From an uncultured Pseudomonadota bacterium (GTDB taxonomy: Bacteria > Pseudomonadota > Gammaproteobacteria > Steroidobacterales > Steroidobacteraceae): a stretch of 64,000 nucleotides of DNA. This document shows, piece by piece, positions 21,160 through 30,138 of the stretch (position 1 is the stretch's first letter; every line of letters starts with the position of its first letter). A program made the translations under genes and the position numbers. The notes below the pieces were generated by a model. It was not told the origin of the DNA and ran no database searches. It saw only the letters and a list, made by a program, of their open reading frames with translations. The stretch spans positions 25,184 through 89,183 of the forward strand of contig CAIOHZ010000223.1 of assembly GCA_903858165.1 (NCBI GenBank). The letters run 5' to 3'.

Positions 21160-22944
21160 ATGCTCACCCATCTCTCCATCCGCGATTTCGCCATCATCGA
21201 CGCCGTCGACCTCGAACTGCGGTCCGGGCTGACGGCGCTCACCGGCGAAACTGGCGCCGGTAAATCCATCTTGGTGGACGCCGTCATGCTGGCCATTGGC
21301 GGCCGGGCTACAGCCGATGTAGTTCGTCACGGCGCCGAGCGCGCCGAGGTCACCGCAACATTCGACCCGCGCGGATTGGAGGGCGTGGCCGAGTGGCTGG
21401 AGGCACAGTCCATCGCGGCAGAAGATGAACTGCTGCTGCGACGGGTCATCGGGTCTGAAGGCCGCTCCCGCGTCTGGGTGAATGGGCAACTGTTACCGCT
21501 GAGCGCCGTTCGCGAACTCGGCCAATTGCTCATCGATATTCACGGCCAACAAGAATTCTTGTCGCTCATGCGTCGCGACGCTCAGCGCGGGCTGCTGGAT
21601 GCCCACGGCGACCACAGTGCCTTGCTGGCACCAGTACAGAAATTGGCGAAGGAACACCGCGCGCTGGCAGCGGAAGTGGCTGCGCTGCGCACCGCCGCGG
21701 CGGACCGCGACTCTCGCCTCGAATTGCTGCGTTATCAAGTGCGCGAACTGGAAGCGCTGGGTCTCAAGGAAGGCGAGGTCGCCGAACTCCTCGCCGAACA
21801 TGCGCGCCTGGCGAATCGGTCTCGTCTGGCCGAGGCGGCACAGGCAGCGCTGGCACTGACGTACGAAGGTGACAACCAGGACGCCCACGCCCTGGCCAGC
21901 CGTGCGCTCGCCCAAGTTCGCACGGTGAGCGAGTTCGACAGCAAGTTACAGCCTGTGGAAACCCTGCTGGCTGAAGCTCTCATCCAGCTGAAGGAAGCCG
22001 GTGCGGCGCTGTCGGGGTATCTGGACACGCTTGAAGTAGACCCACGGCGACAGGCTTATGTGGAAAACCGTATCGGCTCCGTCGACGAACTGGGCCGTAA
22101 GCACCGCTTGAAGCCTGAGGACCTGCCGACACAACTGCTGGCACTGCATACCGAGTTGGCACGGCTGGAAAATGCCGAGACGACGGTCGTAGCCCTCGAA
22201 CAGCAGTTGTCCGCGCTACGCAAGAACTACGGGCGTGCCGCTACCGCCCTCACACAGTCGCGCCATGCAGCCGGCACAGACCTCGGGCAACAAGTCACTT
22301 CGCTGATGAAAGTGCTCGGCATGCCCGGCGGCACGTTCGCCATTGAGGTACGCCCGCGGGAGGGCGCTGAACCCGCTCCGGAGGGCTTAGATGAAGTGGA
22401 GTTTCTGGTCTCTGCCAACCCGGGGCAACCCCCGAAGCCGGTGGCCAAGGTGGCCTCCGGCGGCGAACTCTCACGAATCAGCTTGGCGGTGCAAGTAGCC
22501 GCGGCCACCGGCAGCCAAGGGCGCCTGTGCATGATTTTCGACGAAGTGGACGCCGGCGTTGGTGGTGGCGTGGCGGAGCGCGTGGGCCGCCAACTCCATG
22601 CTTTGGGCACCCGCGGCCAAGTGCTATGCGTTACGCACTTGGCACAAGTGGCTAGCCAGGCAGACCATCACGTGCGCGTGGCCAAACTGACGGATGGCAA
22701 GACCAGCCGCACCACGTTGGCAGCACTAGGCGCTGAGGAACGCGTCGAAGAACTGGCGCGCATGCTAGGGGGCGTGGAACTTACCCAAGCTGCCCGCGAA
22801 CACGCCCGCGAAATGCTGGGCGCCCGCGAGCGGGAAGCCGCCACGGGCAACCCGCAGGTTAAGACTGAAACGCGGGCTAAACCGTTGGTGGCACCGCGGC
22901 GCGGTACGGGCAATTCTCGCGGCGGCAGTGCGCGTAAAGAATAA
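21160..22944 (+). CDS. recN: DNA repair protein RecN (SMC-like ATPase) with a ~40-aa C-terminal extension
   Basis: MLTHLSIRDFAIID...LTGETGAGKSIL Walker A, long coiled coil, ASGGELSR signature, FDEVDAGVGG Walker B. The tail overlaps the fur 3' end. Confidence 0.93.
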   Translation: MLTHLSIRDFAIIDAVDLELRSGLTALTGETGAGKSILVDAVMLAIGGRATADVVRHGAERAEVTATFDPRGLEGVAEWLEAQSIAAEDELLLRRVIGSEGRSRVWVNGQLLPLSAVRELGQLLIDIHGQQEFLSLMRRDAQRGLLDAHGDHSALLAPVQKLAKEHRALAAEVAALRTAAADRDSRLELLRYQVRELEALGLKEGEVAELLAEHARLANRSRLAEAAQAALALTYEGDNQDAHALASRALAQVRTVSEFDSKLQPVETLLAEALIQLKEAGAALSGYLDTLEVDPRRQAYVENRIGSVDELGRKHRLKPEDLPTQLLALHTELARLENAETTVVALEQQLSALRKNYGRAATALTQSRHAAGTDLGQQVTSLMKVLGMPGGTFAIEVRPREGAEPAPEGLDEVEFLVSANPGQPPKPVAKVASGGELSRISLAVQVAAATGSQGRLCMIFDEVDAGVGGGVAERVGRQLHALGTRGQVLCVTHLAQVASQADHHVRVAKLTDGKTSRTTLAALGAEERVEELARMLGGVELTQAAREHAREMLGAREREAATGNPQVKTETRAKPLVAPRRGTGNSRGGSARKE

Positions 22945-23317
22945 GCGCGTGGTCGGCTATCTCGAACCCACGCTCCGCCGCAATGGCGTCCTGCCGCTGT
23001 TCAATGCCATGGTCGCTGAACTCTTCGACCCGCCCGCAGTCCACGCAAACGATATGGTCGTGATGCTCGCCGCGGTTCAGTTCGAAGACGGCCATGCCAC
23101 CTTCGAAATGGTGGCGTGATACCAGCCCAGCAGCCTCGAACTGCGTCAGTACGCGGTAAACGGTTGCAAGCCCAATATCCTCGTTGGACTCGAGCAACTG
23201 TCGGTAGATATCTTCAGCGCTGAGGTGCCGGGCGGCATTGCCCGCGAGGATGTCGAGGATCTTCACCCGCGGTATTGTTACCTTCAGCCCGGCATTGCGC
23301 AGGTCTTGTTGTTCCAC
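22877..23317 (-). CDS. fur: ferric uptake regulator Fur
   Basis: LKVTIPRVKILDIL...HLSAEDIY...ATVYRVLTQFE...HHDHIVCVDCG. GTG 23317 is preceded by AAGGAG-N7. The longest ORF reaches 23398. Confidence 0.9.
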   Translation of the reverse strand: MEQQDLRNAGLKVTIPRVKILDILAGNAARHLSAEDIYRQLLESNEDIGLATVYRVLTQFEAAGLVSRHHFEGGMAVFELNRGEHHDHIVCVDCGRVEEFSDHGIEQRQDAIAAERGFEIADHALILYAHCRRENCPYRAAVPPTV

Positions 23318-23357
23318 GGCACCACTCCTTCGCGCCCCCACGGGGCACTCCTCGGGT

Positions 23358-23753
23358 ATGATGAGCGACACCATGAACCGCCGCAACCTGTCTGCCAAGC
23401 TTCCCCGTGCCGGCCTCGTGCTGGCGCTGGCCCTCGCCGTCCTACCGCTGGCCGGCTGCGTCTACCGGGTGAACATCCCGCAGGGGAATTTCCTCGAACA
23501 GAAGACCGTGGACCAAGTGCAGGTCGGCATGACCCGCGCACAGGTGCGGTTCCTGCTCGGAACCCCGCAAGTTCCGGACCTGTTCAACAACAACCGGTGG
23601 GAATATCTCTACCTGTTCCACGACGGCAAGGCCCGCAAGACGGAGCGCCGCGAGTTCGTGGTGCACTTTGATAACGACAAGGTAGCCAAGATGGAACTGC
23701 CTACCGGCACGCTCCCCAACGACGCTCCCCGCGCGCCCGTCAACGGTGCCTGA
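23358..23753 (+). CDS. bamE: outer-membrane assembly lipoprotein BamE (OmlA/SmpA)
   Basis: Lipobox LPLAGC followed by VYRVNIPQGNFLEQ...VGMTRAQVRFLLGTP. Divergent from fur, the classic omlA-fur pair. ATG 23373 is an alternative start. Confidence 0.85.
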   Translation: MMSDTMNRRNLSAKLPRAGLVLALALAVLPLAGCVYRVNIPQGNFLEQKTVDQVQVGMTRAQVRFLLGTPQVPDLFNNNRWEYLYLFHDGKARKTERREFVVHFDNDKVAKMELPTGTLPNDAPRAPVNGA

Positions 23754-23768
23754 AGCCAGCCTTTCGCT

Positions 23769-23790
23769 AGTCGGGAGTTTGCTCCCGACT
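23769..23790. terminator. Hairpin between convergent bamE and smpB (possible bidirectional terminator)
   Basis: AGTCGGGAG-TTTG-CTCCCGACT: a perfect 9-bp stem with a 4-nt loop. There is no strong T-tract. Confidence 0.45.
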
Positions 23791-23798
23791 CACCACGG

Positions 23799-24320
23799 CT
23801 AGCGATTCCGGTCCTTCAGCACACGGCTCTTCTCGCGCTTCCAATCCTTGTCCTTCTCCGTGGCGCGCTTGTCGTGTTCCGCCTTGCCCTTGGCCAGGCC
23901 TAGTTCTAGTTTGGCGCGGCCGTCCTTCCAGTAAAGGCTCAGCGGTACGAGGGTGTAGCCCTTGCGGTCCACCGCGCCCACCAAATGGTCGAGTTCGCGC
24001 CGCTTCATCAGCAGCTTGCGGTTACGCGTGGGGGTGGCGATAACATGCGTAGAGGCGCTGTTGAGCGGCGTCAGGTGCGCACCCACCAGCCAACCTTCCT
24101 CGTTTTTTATCACCACGTAGGCTTCGGCCAACTGGACGCGCCCAGCGCGCAGGCTCTTCACTTCCCAGCCGGCCAACATCAGCCCCGCCTCGTACTTTTC
24201 CTCAATGAAATAGTCGTGCCGCGCCCGCCGGTTCACGGCGATGCTGCCGAACTGGCCGGTGCGTTCTTTCTTTTCGGGCGTCTTGCCCTGTTTGGCGGTC
24301 TGGTTAGGCTTGCCAGCCAT
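23799..24320 (-). CDS. smpB: SsrA-binding protein SmpB
   Basis: [32 protein letters not shown]...[12 protein letters not shown] signature. Confidence 0.95.
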   Translation of the reverse strand: MAGKPNQTAKQGKTPEKKERTGQFGSIAVNRRARHDYFIEEKYEAGLMLAGWEVKSLRAGRVQLAEAYVVIKNEEGWLVGAHLTPLNSASTHVIATPTRNRKLLMKRRELDHLVGAVDRKGYTLVPLSLYWKDGRAKLELGLAKGKAEHDKRATEKDKDWKREKSRVLKDRNR

Positions 24321-24363
24321 GGCCGTGCTCGTGATGGTCGGGCGCGTAATTTACACTCTCCGC

Positions 24364-24813
24364 ATGCGCGAAGTACGAAGACAGGCTCTGGTGCCCTATA
24401 CCCCGTCCGAAATGGACGCCTTGGTGAACGACGTTCCTCGTTACCCGGAGTTCCTGCCGTGGTGCCCCAGCGCCCGTATTCTCAAGGACGAGGGTGACAC
24501 CATCGAGGCCGCCATCGACATCGCCAAGGGCCCCCTAGGGTCCAGCTTCACCACCCGGAATACGCGAACGCTAGGTGAACGGTTGGAAATGCGGCTGCTG
24601 GACGGGCCGTTCAAGACCCTGGAGGGTACTTGGCAGTTCCGCCCCTTGGGCGACCCGACCGCGCCGCAGGGCTGCAAGGTGGAACTGCTGATGCGCTTTG
24701 AGTTCAAGTCGGGAATGCTGGGCATGGCGCTCTCGCCGGTGTTCGAGGCCAGCTGCAATACGCTGGTAGATGCGTTCGTGCAGCGCGCTCGGCAAGTCTA
24801 CGGGCCGCGCTGA
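24364..24813 (+). CDS. ratA: SRPBCC-family RatA/Coq10-like protein
   Basis: VPYTPSEMDALVNDVPRYPEFLPWC motif. Conserved smpB-divergent ratA-rnfH arrangement. The ORF was trimmed to ATG 24364. Confidence 0.8.
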   Translation: MREVRRQALVPYTPSEMDALVNDVPRYPEFLPWCPSARILKDEGDTIEAAIDIAKGPLGSSFTTRNTRTLGERLEMRLLDGPFKTLEGTWQFRPLGDPTAPQGCKVELLMRFEFKSGMLGMALSPVFEASCNTLVDAFVQRARQVYGPR

Positions 24814-24815
24814 AG

Positions 24816-25142
24816 ATGGAACCCACACCACTGCGCGTAGAAGTAGCGTACGCAGAGCCAGCCCGACAATTAGTGCAGGCTTTGGACCTTCCCGCCGAAG
24901 CGACTATCGGGGACGCAGTGAACGCTGCCCTACCCGCCCTACAAGCAGCCTTTCCTAACTTGGACTTCACCACGCTGGCCGTCGGTGTTTGGGGTGAGAC
25001 CGCTAACCGCGAGCGCTTGCTGCAGGCAGGTGACCGCGTGGAGCTTTACCGCCCACTGTCGGCGGACCCGAAACTGGCCCGCCGCACGCGCGTGGACCAA
25101 GCGGCGAAACGCCGTGCGCCCGGCAGAGTCTTCCGTCAATGA
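24816..25142 (+). CDS. rnfH: RnfH-family ubiquitin-fold protein (RatB/YfjF-like)
   Basis: 108 aa, VEVAYA...GDRVELYRPL..DPK..RR pattern, immediately after ratA. Confidence 0.8.
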   Translation: MEPTPLRVEVAYAEPARQLVQALDLPAEATIGDAVNAALPALQAAFPNLDFTTLAVGVWGETANRERLLQAGDRVELYRPLSADPKLARRTRVDQAAKRRAPGRVFRQ

Positions 25143-25167
25143 AATCACCAGACCTGGTGGGAAGGCG

Positions 25168-26109
25168 ATGAAGCAACGCCCCGCCTGGTTGGCGGTGTTG
25201 AACCCGCAGGCCGGGCACCGCCGCGCGCGAAAAACATGGGCGCGGCTGGAAACGCACCTCGAAGAATGCAACGTTTCCTTTCAGTTGCGCGAGACGCAAG
25301 GCCCCGGCGATGCAACACGCTTGACCCGACTGGGGTGGGAAGAAGGCTTTAGGCATTTCCTGGCGGTAGGCGGCGACGGCACCGTCAACGAAGTGCTGAA
25401 CGGTCTTGAAGCGGTAGTTTTGCCGGGCGCCGCCACCCTGCCCGTGATGGCGGTGTTACCTGCCGGCACCGGCAACGACTGGGCACGCGTGCTGGCCTTG
25501 CCGAAGCACCCACGCGTACTGGCCGCCACGCTGGCGGAAGCACTACAAGGAAAAACCCGCCAGCAAGACGTTGGGGAACTCACCTTCCCCGATGGCCGCG
25601 TTCACCTGTTCATCGAAGAGGCAGGTGCCGGTTTCGATGCTCATGTATTGCAACGGCTCAGTCGCAAGGGGCCCCGGGCACTGGCGTATGTACTGGCGTT
25701 ACTGCGCAGCGTCAGCAGTTACCGGGCGCCGAAGTTGACGCTGCAGCCCGATGGAGCATCCCAGCCGCTGCTAGTACCGAGTGCATTTCTCGCCTTGGGC
25801 GCCAACGGCCCTTGGACGGGTGGCGGCATGCGCATTGCCCCGTACGCAGAGCACGACGATGGCTGGCTGGACTTTGTGACCGTCCGCTCACTCGGCTGGT
25901 TCGAATTGCTGCGCAAGTTGCCAAAGCTGTTCAATGGCCGGCTGCTGGACGACGAAGCCGTGCGCTGGTGCCGAGCGAGTGGCGCAGAGCTAACACTAGA
26001 ACCGCCCGGCGGCGTGCAGGCCGACGGGCAGATTGTCGGTGTGACGCCGGTGAGGTTTAGTTTGCGCCGCGCCGCACTGCAAGTTCCTCTGCCGGAATCA
26101 AGCCAATAA
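25168..26109 (+). CDS. diacylglycerol/lipid kinase family protein (YegS-like)
   Basis: ORF trimmed to ATG 25168 (MKQRPAWLAVLNPQAG). GGDGTVNEVLNG catalytic-domain motif and LPAGTGNDWAR. Confidence 0.8.
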   Translation: MKQRPAWLAVLNPQAGHRRARKTWARLETHLEECNVSFQLRETQGPGDATRLTRLGWEEGFRHFLAVGGDGTVNEVLNGLEAVVLPGAATLPVMAVLPAGTGNDWARVLALPKHPRVLAATLAEALQGKTRQQDVGELTFPDGRVHLFIEEAGAGFDAHVLQRLSRKGPRALAYVLALLRSVSSYRAPKLTLQPDGASQPLLVPSAFLALGANGPWTGGGMRIAPYAEHDDGWLDFVTVRSLGWFELLRKLPKLFNGRLLDDEAVRWCRASGAELTLEPPGGVQADGQIVGVTPVRFSLRRAALQVPLPESSQ

Positions 26110-26838
26110 GAACTTGCCTGCCGCTACCAGCAACACCACCGCTAGGCAGAGCCGTAGACCGCGGCTGTCAAAGCGCTTCAACCCGAGCCGCGTGCCAATG
26201 ACCGCACCCGCCAGCACGGCAACACCATAGACCGGCAAGGCCGCAGGCAACGACCGCACCGCGCTGATATTCCCCAGCAGTCCAAACACGGAATTGGCGA
26301 GGATGAATACCGCGGCGGTCCCTGACGCTTGCTGAATGGTCGTCCAGCGCCGGAACACCAGAATGGGCGACAGGAAAATTCCACCCCCTGTACCCGTCAG
26401 GCCGGAGAGCAGACCGATGGCCGCGCCAGTGCCCATCCCCATCGCCGTGGAAGGCGGAGTGGCCGAGTCATAGGACTCATTCCGCGGTGCCACGAGGAGG
26501 CGGAGGGCAGAGAGAAGCAAAACGACGCCGACCAAGGGCTTGTAGTACGCCCCCGGTAACTGCCAGTACCCACCGAGAAAAGCAGCAGGGATAGCACCCG
26601 CCACCACCAGCAGCGCCACCGGCCGGCTAAAGTACCCACTCTTCACATAACGGTAACTGATGAACGCCGACACCAAGATGTTCAGCGTGAGCGCAGTGGG
26701 CTTGATGACCCCGGCGGACAAGCCGAACAGGGTCATGATGGCGATATAGGCCGAAGCGCCGGCGTGCCCGACCGAGGTGTAGAGAACTGCCCCCAGCAAC
26801 AGGGCCAAGGGCAGCAGGTACTCAGTGGCTTCAGGCAT
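26098..26838 (-). CDS. TauE/SafE family sulfite/anion exporter membrane protein
   Basis: 246 aa with about 7-8 TM segments. The N-terminal VGHAGASAYIAIM motif and internal duplication are typical of DUF81/TauE. Confidence 0.75.
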   Translation of the reverse strand: MPEATEYLLPLALLLGAVLYTSVGHAGASAYIAIMTLFGLSAGVIKPTALTLNILVSAFISYRYVKSGYFSRPVALLVVAGAIPAAFLGGYWQLPGAYYKPLVGVVLLLSALRLLVAPRNESYDSATPPSTAMGMGTGAAIGLLSGLTGTGGGIFLSPILVFRRWTTIQQASGTAAVFILANSVFGLLGNISAVRSLPAALPVYGVAVLAGAVIGTRLGLKRFDSRGLRLCLAVVLLVAAGKFLLA

Positions 26839-26847
26839 ACAGCACCT

Positions 26848-27195
26848 TTACCGCGCTGCGACGACCTGGATTTCCACCTTGTAGTCGGGCGTGGCCAGCT
26901 TGGCCTCCACCGTGGCGCGCGCCGGCAGATGGCCCTGCGGCACCCAGACGTCCCATACGCTGTTCATATCGCCAAAGGTGGCGATATCTGCGAGGTAAAT
27001 GGTGGTGGACAAAATCTGCGTCTTGTCGGTGCCGGCGGCGGCAAGCAGCCGGTCGATTTCACCCAGAATTTGGCGGGTTTGCCCGGCCACATCGGCAGAC
27101 GGGTCCGTGGCGACTTGACCGGCCAGAAACACGAGGTTGCCATAGGCCACGGCCTGGCTCATGCGCTTGCCGGATTCGATGCGGGAGATGCTCAT
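26848..27195 (-). CDS. RidA/YjgF family reactive-intermediate deaminase
   Basis: Trimmed to ATG 27195, preceded by GAAGGAAG-N7. AVAYGNLVFLAGQV...IYLADI...F..MN..W..W....PAR..VEA pattern. Confidence 0.85.
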   Translation of the reverse strand: MSISRIESGKRMSQAVAYGNLVFLAGQVATDPSADVAGQTRQILGEIDRLLAAAGTDKTQILSTTIYLADIATFGDMNSVWDVWVPQGHLPARATVEAKLATPDYKVEIQVVAAR

Positions 27196-27258
27196 CTTGA
27201 AACTTCCTTCAGGAGACCAATACAGGGAGGTGCCGGGGCGGTATACTGCCACGGACAC

Positions 27259-27612
27259 GGGGGTGATCGGGTTCGACATGGACTGCGAAACTCCAAGTGC
27301 ATGCCGAGGTGCAAGATACCTCGTAAAACTACTTGCAAACTTCTAGCTGCGAACGACAACAGCTACGCACTGGCGGCTTAAGCCCCGCCAACTCCATCCT
27401 CGCCCGTGCCTGTGCGGAGGGGAATGGGGTCGCAATCATAGGATCGTAAACCGCGCGTGTTTCGGGTAGCGGCGAACTAAAAAGGACGAAGCTGGATTGG
27501 GGTGCTCCCTGCTCACCGGGTAGCCTCTTTCGAGAACAGTAGGTGGGACAAGCATGTAGATCTTGTAGCGTAGGGTTCGTGGACGGGGGTTCAATTCCCC
27601 CCACCTCCACCA
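27259..27612 (+). ncRNA. ssrA: tmRNA (ssrA), tag peptide ANDNSYALAA
   Basis: 5' GGGGGTGATCGGGTTCGAC pairs with 3' ...GGTTCAATTCCCCCCACCTCCACCA, with a G3:U pair in the acceptor stem. The tag ORF GCG AAC GAC AAC AGC TAC GCA CTG GCG GCT TAA lies at 27349-27381, after TAGCT. Confidence 0.93.
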
Positions 27613-27621
27613 ACAAGCAAA

Positions 27622-27652
27622 CCCCAACCGGCAACGGTTGGGGTTTTTTATT
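27622..27652 (+). terminator. Rho-independent terminator of ssrA
   Basis: CCCCAACCG-GCAA-CGGTTGGGG (9-bp stem) followed by TTTTTTATT. Confidence 0.85.
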
Positions 27653-27973
27653 GTCTGAATGCGGGGATTCCTGCGTGTTACTGGGGATTCGCGCGGAAGG
27701 TTACGGACTGCGCCGATGTGCCATCCGGCCGGTAGGCGGCCACCTTTCGCTCTCTCCGGGTCGTTATTCTCTCCGGAGCGCGGCCAGAAAAAAGGCCGAA
27801 GTCCCGAAGCACGGGAAATTCTCGTCTTTAGATTCAGCAGTTTACGCGCGGACGAATCGAGCGGTTGATTCGCGGCATTGGGTGGCGCAGGAACCTGTTC
27901 TGCCTTGATGCGCCGAAGCGCCACAATGCTTCGATCGGCGGTTGCTCAATGGCACTTATCCTGAGGCTGAAAC

Positions 27974-29101
27974 CTACAGGGCGCGGGAGATCAGCATCCG
28001 TTGAATGTCCGACGTGCCTTCATAGACCTGACAAACACGCACGTCACGGCAAATCTTCTCTACACCAAAGTCGGCCACGTACCCGTAGCCGCCTAGCGTT
28101 TGCAGCGCTGCCGAACAAACAACGTCAGCGGTTTCAGATGCCACAAGTTTGGCCATTGAGGCCTCGATGAGACAGGATTGGCCGTGGTCTTTAAGGCTGG
28201 CAGCATGCAGTACCAACTGCCGTGCCGCTTCGAGCCGCGCCGCCGAATCTGCTAGTCGAAATCCAACCGCCTGATGTTCCATGATCGTCTTGCCCATAGA
28301 CCGCCGACTTTTCGCAAATCCGATGGCAATCTCTAGAGCGGCCTGAGCCATGCCGACCGCCTGCGCCGCAATACCGATACGACCCGCCTCTAGATTGGAG
28401 AGCGCGACGCTATAGCCGGCTCCAAGCCGGCCAAACACCAGCGCGTCCTCTACAAAAACATCATCAAATCGCAGCGCGCAGGTGTCCGAAGCGCGTTGGC
28501 CCATTTTCCGCTCGATTTTTTCCACAATATAGCCAGGCGACGATGTTGGAATCAAAAACGCACTCATCCCGCGCTTCCCCGCACCAGGCTCCGACACCGC
28601 AATAACCATCGCCACGTCGGCCAACTGGCCCGAGGTGATGAATTGCTTGGCGCCATTGACCTGCCATCCACCAGCCACGCGGGTCGCCAGCGTTCGAATC
28701 GCCGCGGCATCCGACCCAGCATCGGGCTCCGTTAGGGCAAAGGCACCAATGAGATCCCCCGAGATTAATCCAGGTAGGAATCGTTCTTTTTGCGCTTCAG
28801 TACCGTCTCTCAAGATACCCGAGACCATGATGCTGTTCTGGATCGACAAAATGGTGGACAACGCCCCATCGGCGGCCGCCACCTCCATCAACGCCAGTGC
28901 GTACGACACATAGTCCGCGCCAGCGCCGCCCCACTTCTCCGGCGCCGTCATGCCCATCAAACCAAGGCCGGCGAGCTCTCGGAACAGGCTGCGGGGATAA
29001 GCTCCAGCTGCCTCGAACTCAGCCGCTCGAGGACGAATCTCGTGTTGCGAAAATGCTCGAACCGCGTCCCTGATCGCCACTTGTGTGTCAGAAAGAACCA
29101 T
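27974..29101 (-). CDS. acyl-CoA dehydrogenase (short/branched-chain type)
   Basis: 375 aa with FALTEPDAGSDA, QFITSG, and C-terminal YEGTSDIQRMLISRAL containing the catalytic Glu. Confidence 0.9.
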   Translation of the reverse strand: MVLSDTQVAIRDAVRAFSQHEIRPRAAEFEAAGAYPRSLFRELAGLGLMGMTAPEKWGGAGADYVSYALALMEVAAADGALSTILSIQNSIMVSGILRDGTEAQKERFLPGLISGDLIGAFALTEPDAGSDAAAIRTLATRVAGGWQVNGAKQFITSGQLADVAMVIAVSEPGAGKRGMSAFLIPTSSPGYIVEKIERKMGQRASDTCALRFDDVFVEDALVFGRLGAGYSVALSNLEAGRIGIAAQAVGMAQAALEIAIGFAKSRRSMGKTIMEHQAVGFRLADSAARLEAARQLVLHAASLKDHGQSCLIEASMAKLVASETADVVCSAALQTLGGYGYVADFGVEKICRDVRVCQVYEGTSDIQRMLISRAL

Positions 29102-29205
29102 AGAGGGTGAATATCCTAGCGTCCGGAAGTTTGCTTTGAAAATGTCGCGCGGCCAGCATGAAGTCCGCTGCCGGTGTCGGGGACCACTCGGTGGATGGCG
29201 TTAAG

Positions 29206-30102
29206 TCATCCGCCGTTTACGATGCGGGAGCGTCGTTTCAACTCGACAAACAGGCCACTGTGATCCAGACCTTCGAGGCCGTTTCCGCACATGTCCGCGT
29301 AGAGCGTTCTCACCAGCGCCGAGGTGGGAAGTCCAATCCCAAGGTCCGTCGCCATGTCCAATGCGGTACGCATATCCTTCAGTTGCACATGGGCATGAGC
29401 GCCCGGCACGAAATTGCCGTTCACCATCCGTTCACCGTGCTGCCTGAGGATCGTCGAATCTGCGAATCCACCAATCAGGGCCTCGCGCACGCTTTGTGGG
29501 TCAGCACCGCCCGCCTCCACCAGCAACAGGGCTTCCGCCACTGCTGCAATGGTGATCCCAACAATGAGTTGGTTGGCCAACTTGGCCAACTGCCCGGACC
29601 CACAGGGACCCACGTGCGTCAATCGTCCCAGCGGACGCAAGTACTCCTGCACCAGCGCTATCGTCTCCACCTCCCCTCCGGCCATAATGGTCAGCGTTCC
29701 GGCGATCGCGCCCCGTTCTCCGCCGGACACCGGGGCATCCACATACGCATGCCCCAGCGCGTATAGCCGCCGGGCATGGTCTCGAGCGACTGAGACTGGA
29801 ATTGAGCTCATCACCACGACCGGGATGCCTGCCGGCAGTCTCGAGGCCACCGTGTCACCGGATGCAGACGCACCGAAGAGCACCTCTTCGATCACCACAC
29901 CGGTACTCAACATCACAATGAGCAGATCAGCGTTGCTGACCGCCTCTCGTGGATCGGCGAACGGACGAACGCCACTACTGACGAGGGCCGCGGACTTCTC
30001 AGCACTGCGATTCCACGCGTTGACATTTAGGCCCACCGACGCGAGATTTTTCGCCATCGGTCCGCCCATGATTCCAGTACCCAACAGCGCAACCGTCCGC
30101 AT
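29206..30102 (-). CDS. NAD(P)-dependent beta-hydroxyacid dehydrogenase (3-hydroxyisobutyrate / tartronate-semialdehyde reductase family)
   Basis: ATG 30102 is preceded by GGAGGGAGG. It has the LLGTGIMGGPMAKNL Rossmann loop, DAPVSGG, and GSGQLAKLANQ with the catalytic Lys. Confidence 0.85.
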   Translation of the reverse strand: MRTVALLGTGIMGGPMAKNLASVGLNVNAWNRSAEKSAALVSSGVRPFADPREAVSNADLLIVMLSTGVVIEEVLFGASASGDTVASRLPAGIPVVVMSSIPVSVARDHARRLYALGHAYVDAPVSGGERGAIAGTLTIMAGGEVETIALVQEYLRPLGRLTHVGPCGSGQLAKLANQLIVGITIAAVAEALLLVEAGGADPQSVREALIGGFADSTILRQHGERMVNGNFVPGAHAHVQLKDMRTALDMATDLGIGLPTSALVRTLYADMCGNGLEGLDHSGLFVELKRRSRIVNGG

Positions 30103-30138
30103 AACCCCTCCCTCCAAAACTCCCTGGTCCCCCAACCG

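Noticed and set aside
23318-23372. Fur box in the fur-bamE divergent spacer.
   Set aside because: The spacer is GC-rich, with nothing resembling GATAATGATAATCATTATC.
27436-27924. 162-aa minus-strand ORF and short plus-strand ORFs downstream of ssrA, examined as possible integrase remnants.
   Set aside because: The ORF overlaps the tmRNA gene itself. No tyrosine-recombinase motifs (R..HxxR..Y) are recognisable in any frame.
28879-28892. 13/14-nt match (CCACCTCCATCAAC) to the ssrA 3' end (27601-27614), considered as a possible attR.
   Set aside because: It lies inside the intact acyl-CoA dehydrogenase coding sequence, is too short to be significant in 64 kb, and does not coincide with any compositional boundary.
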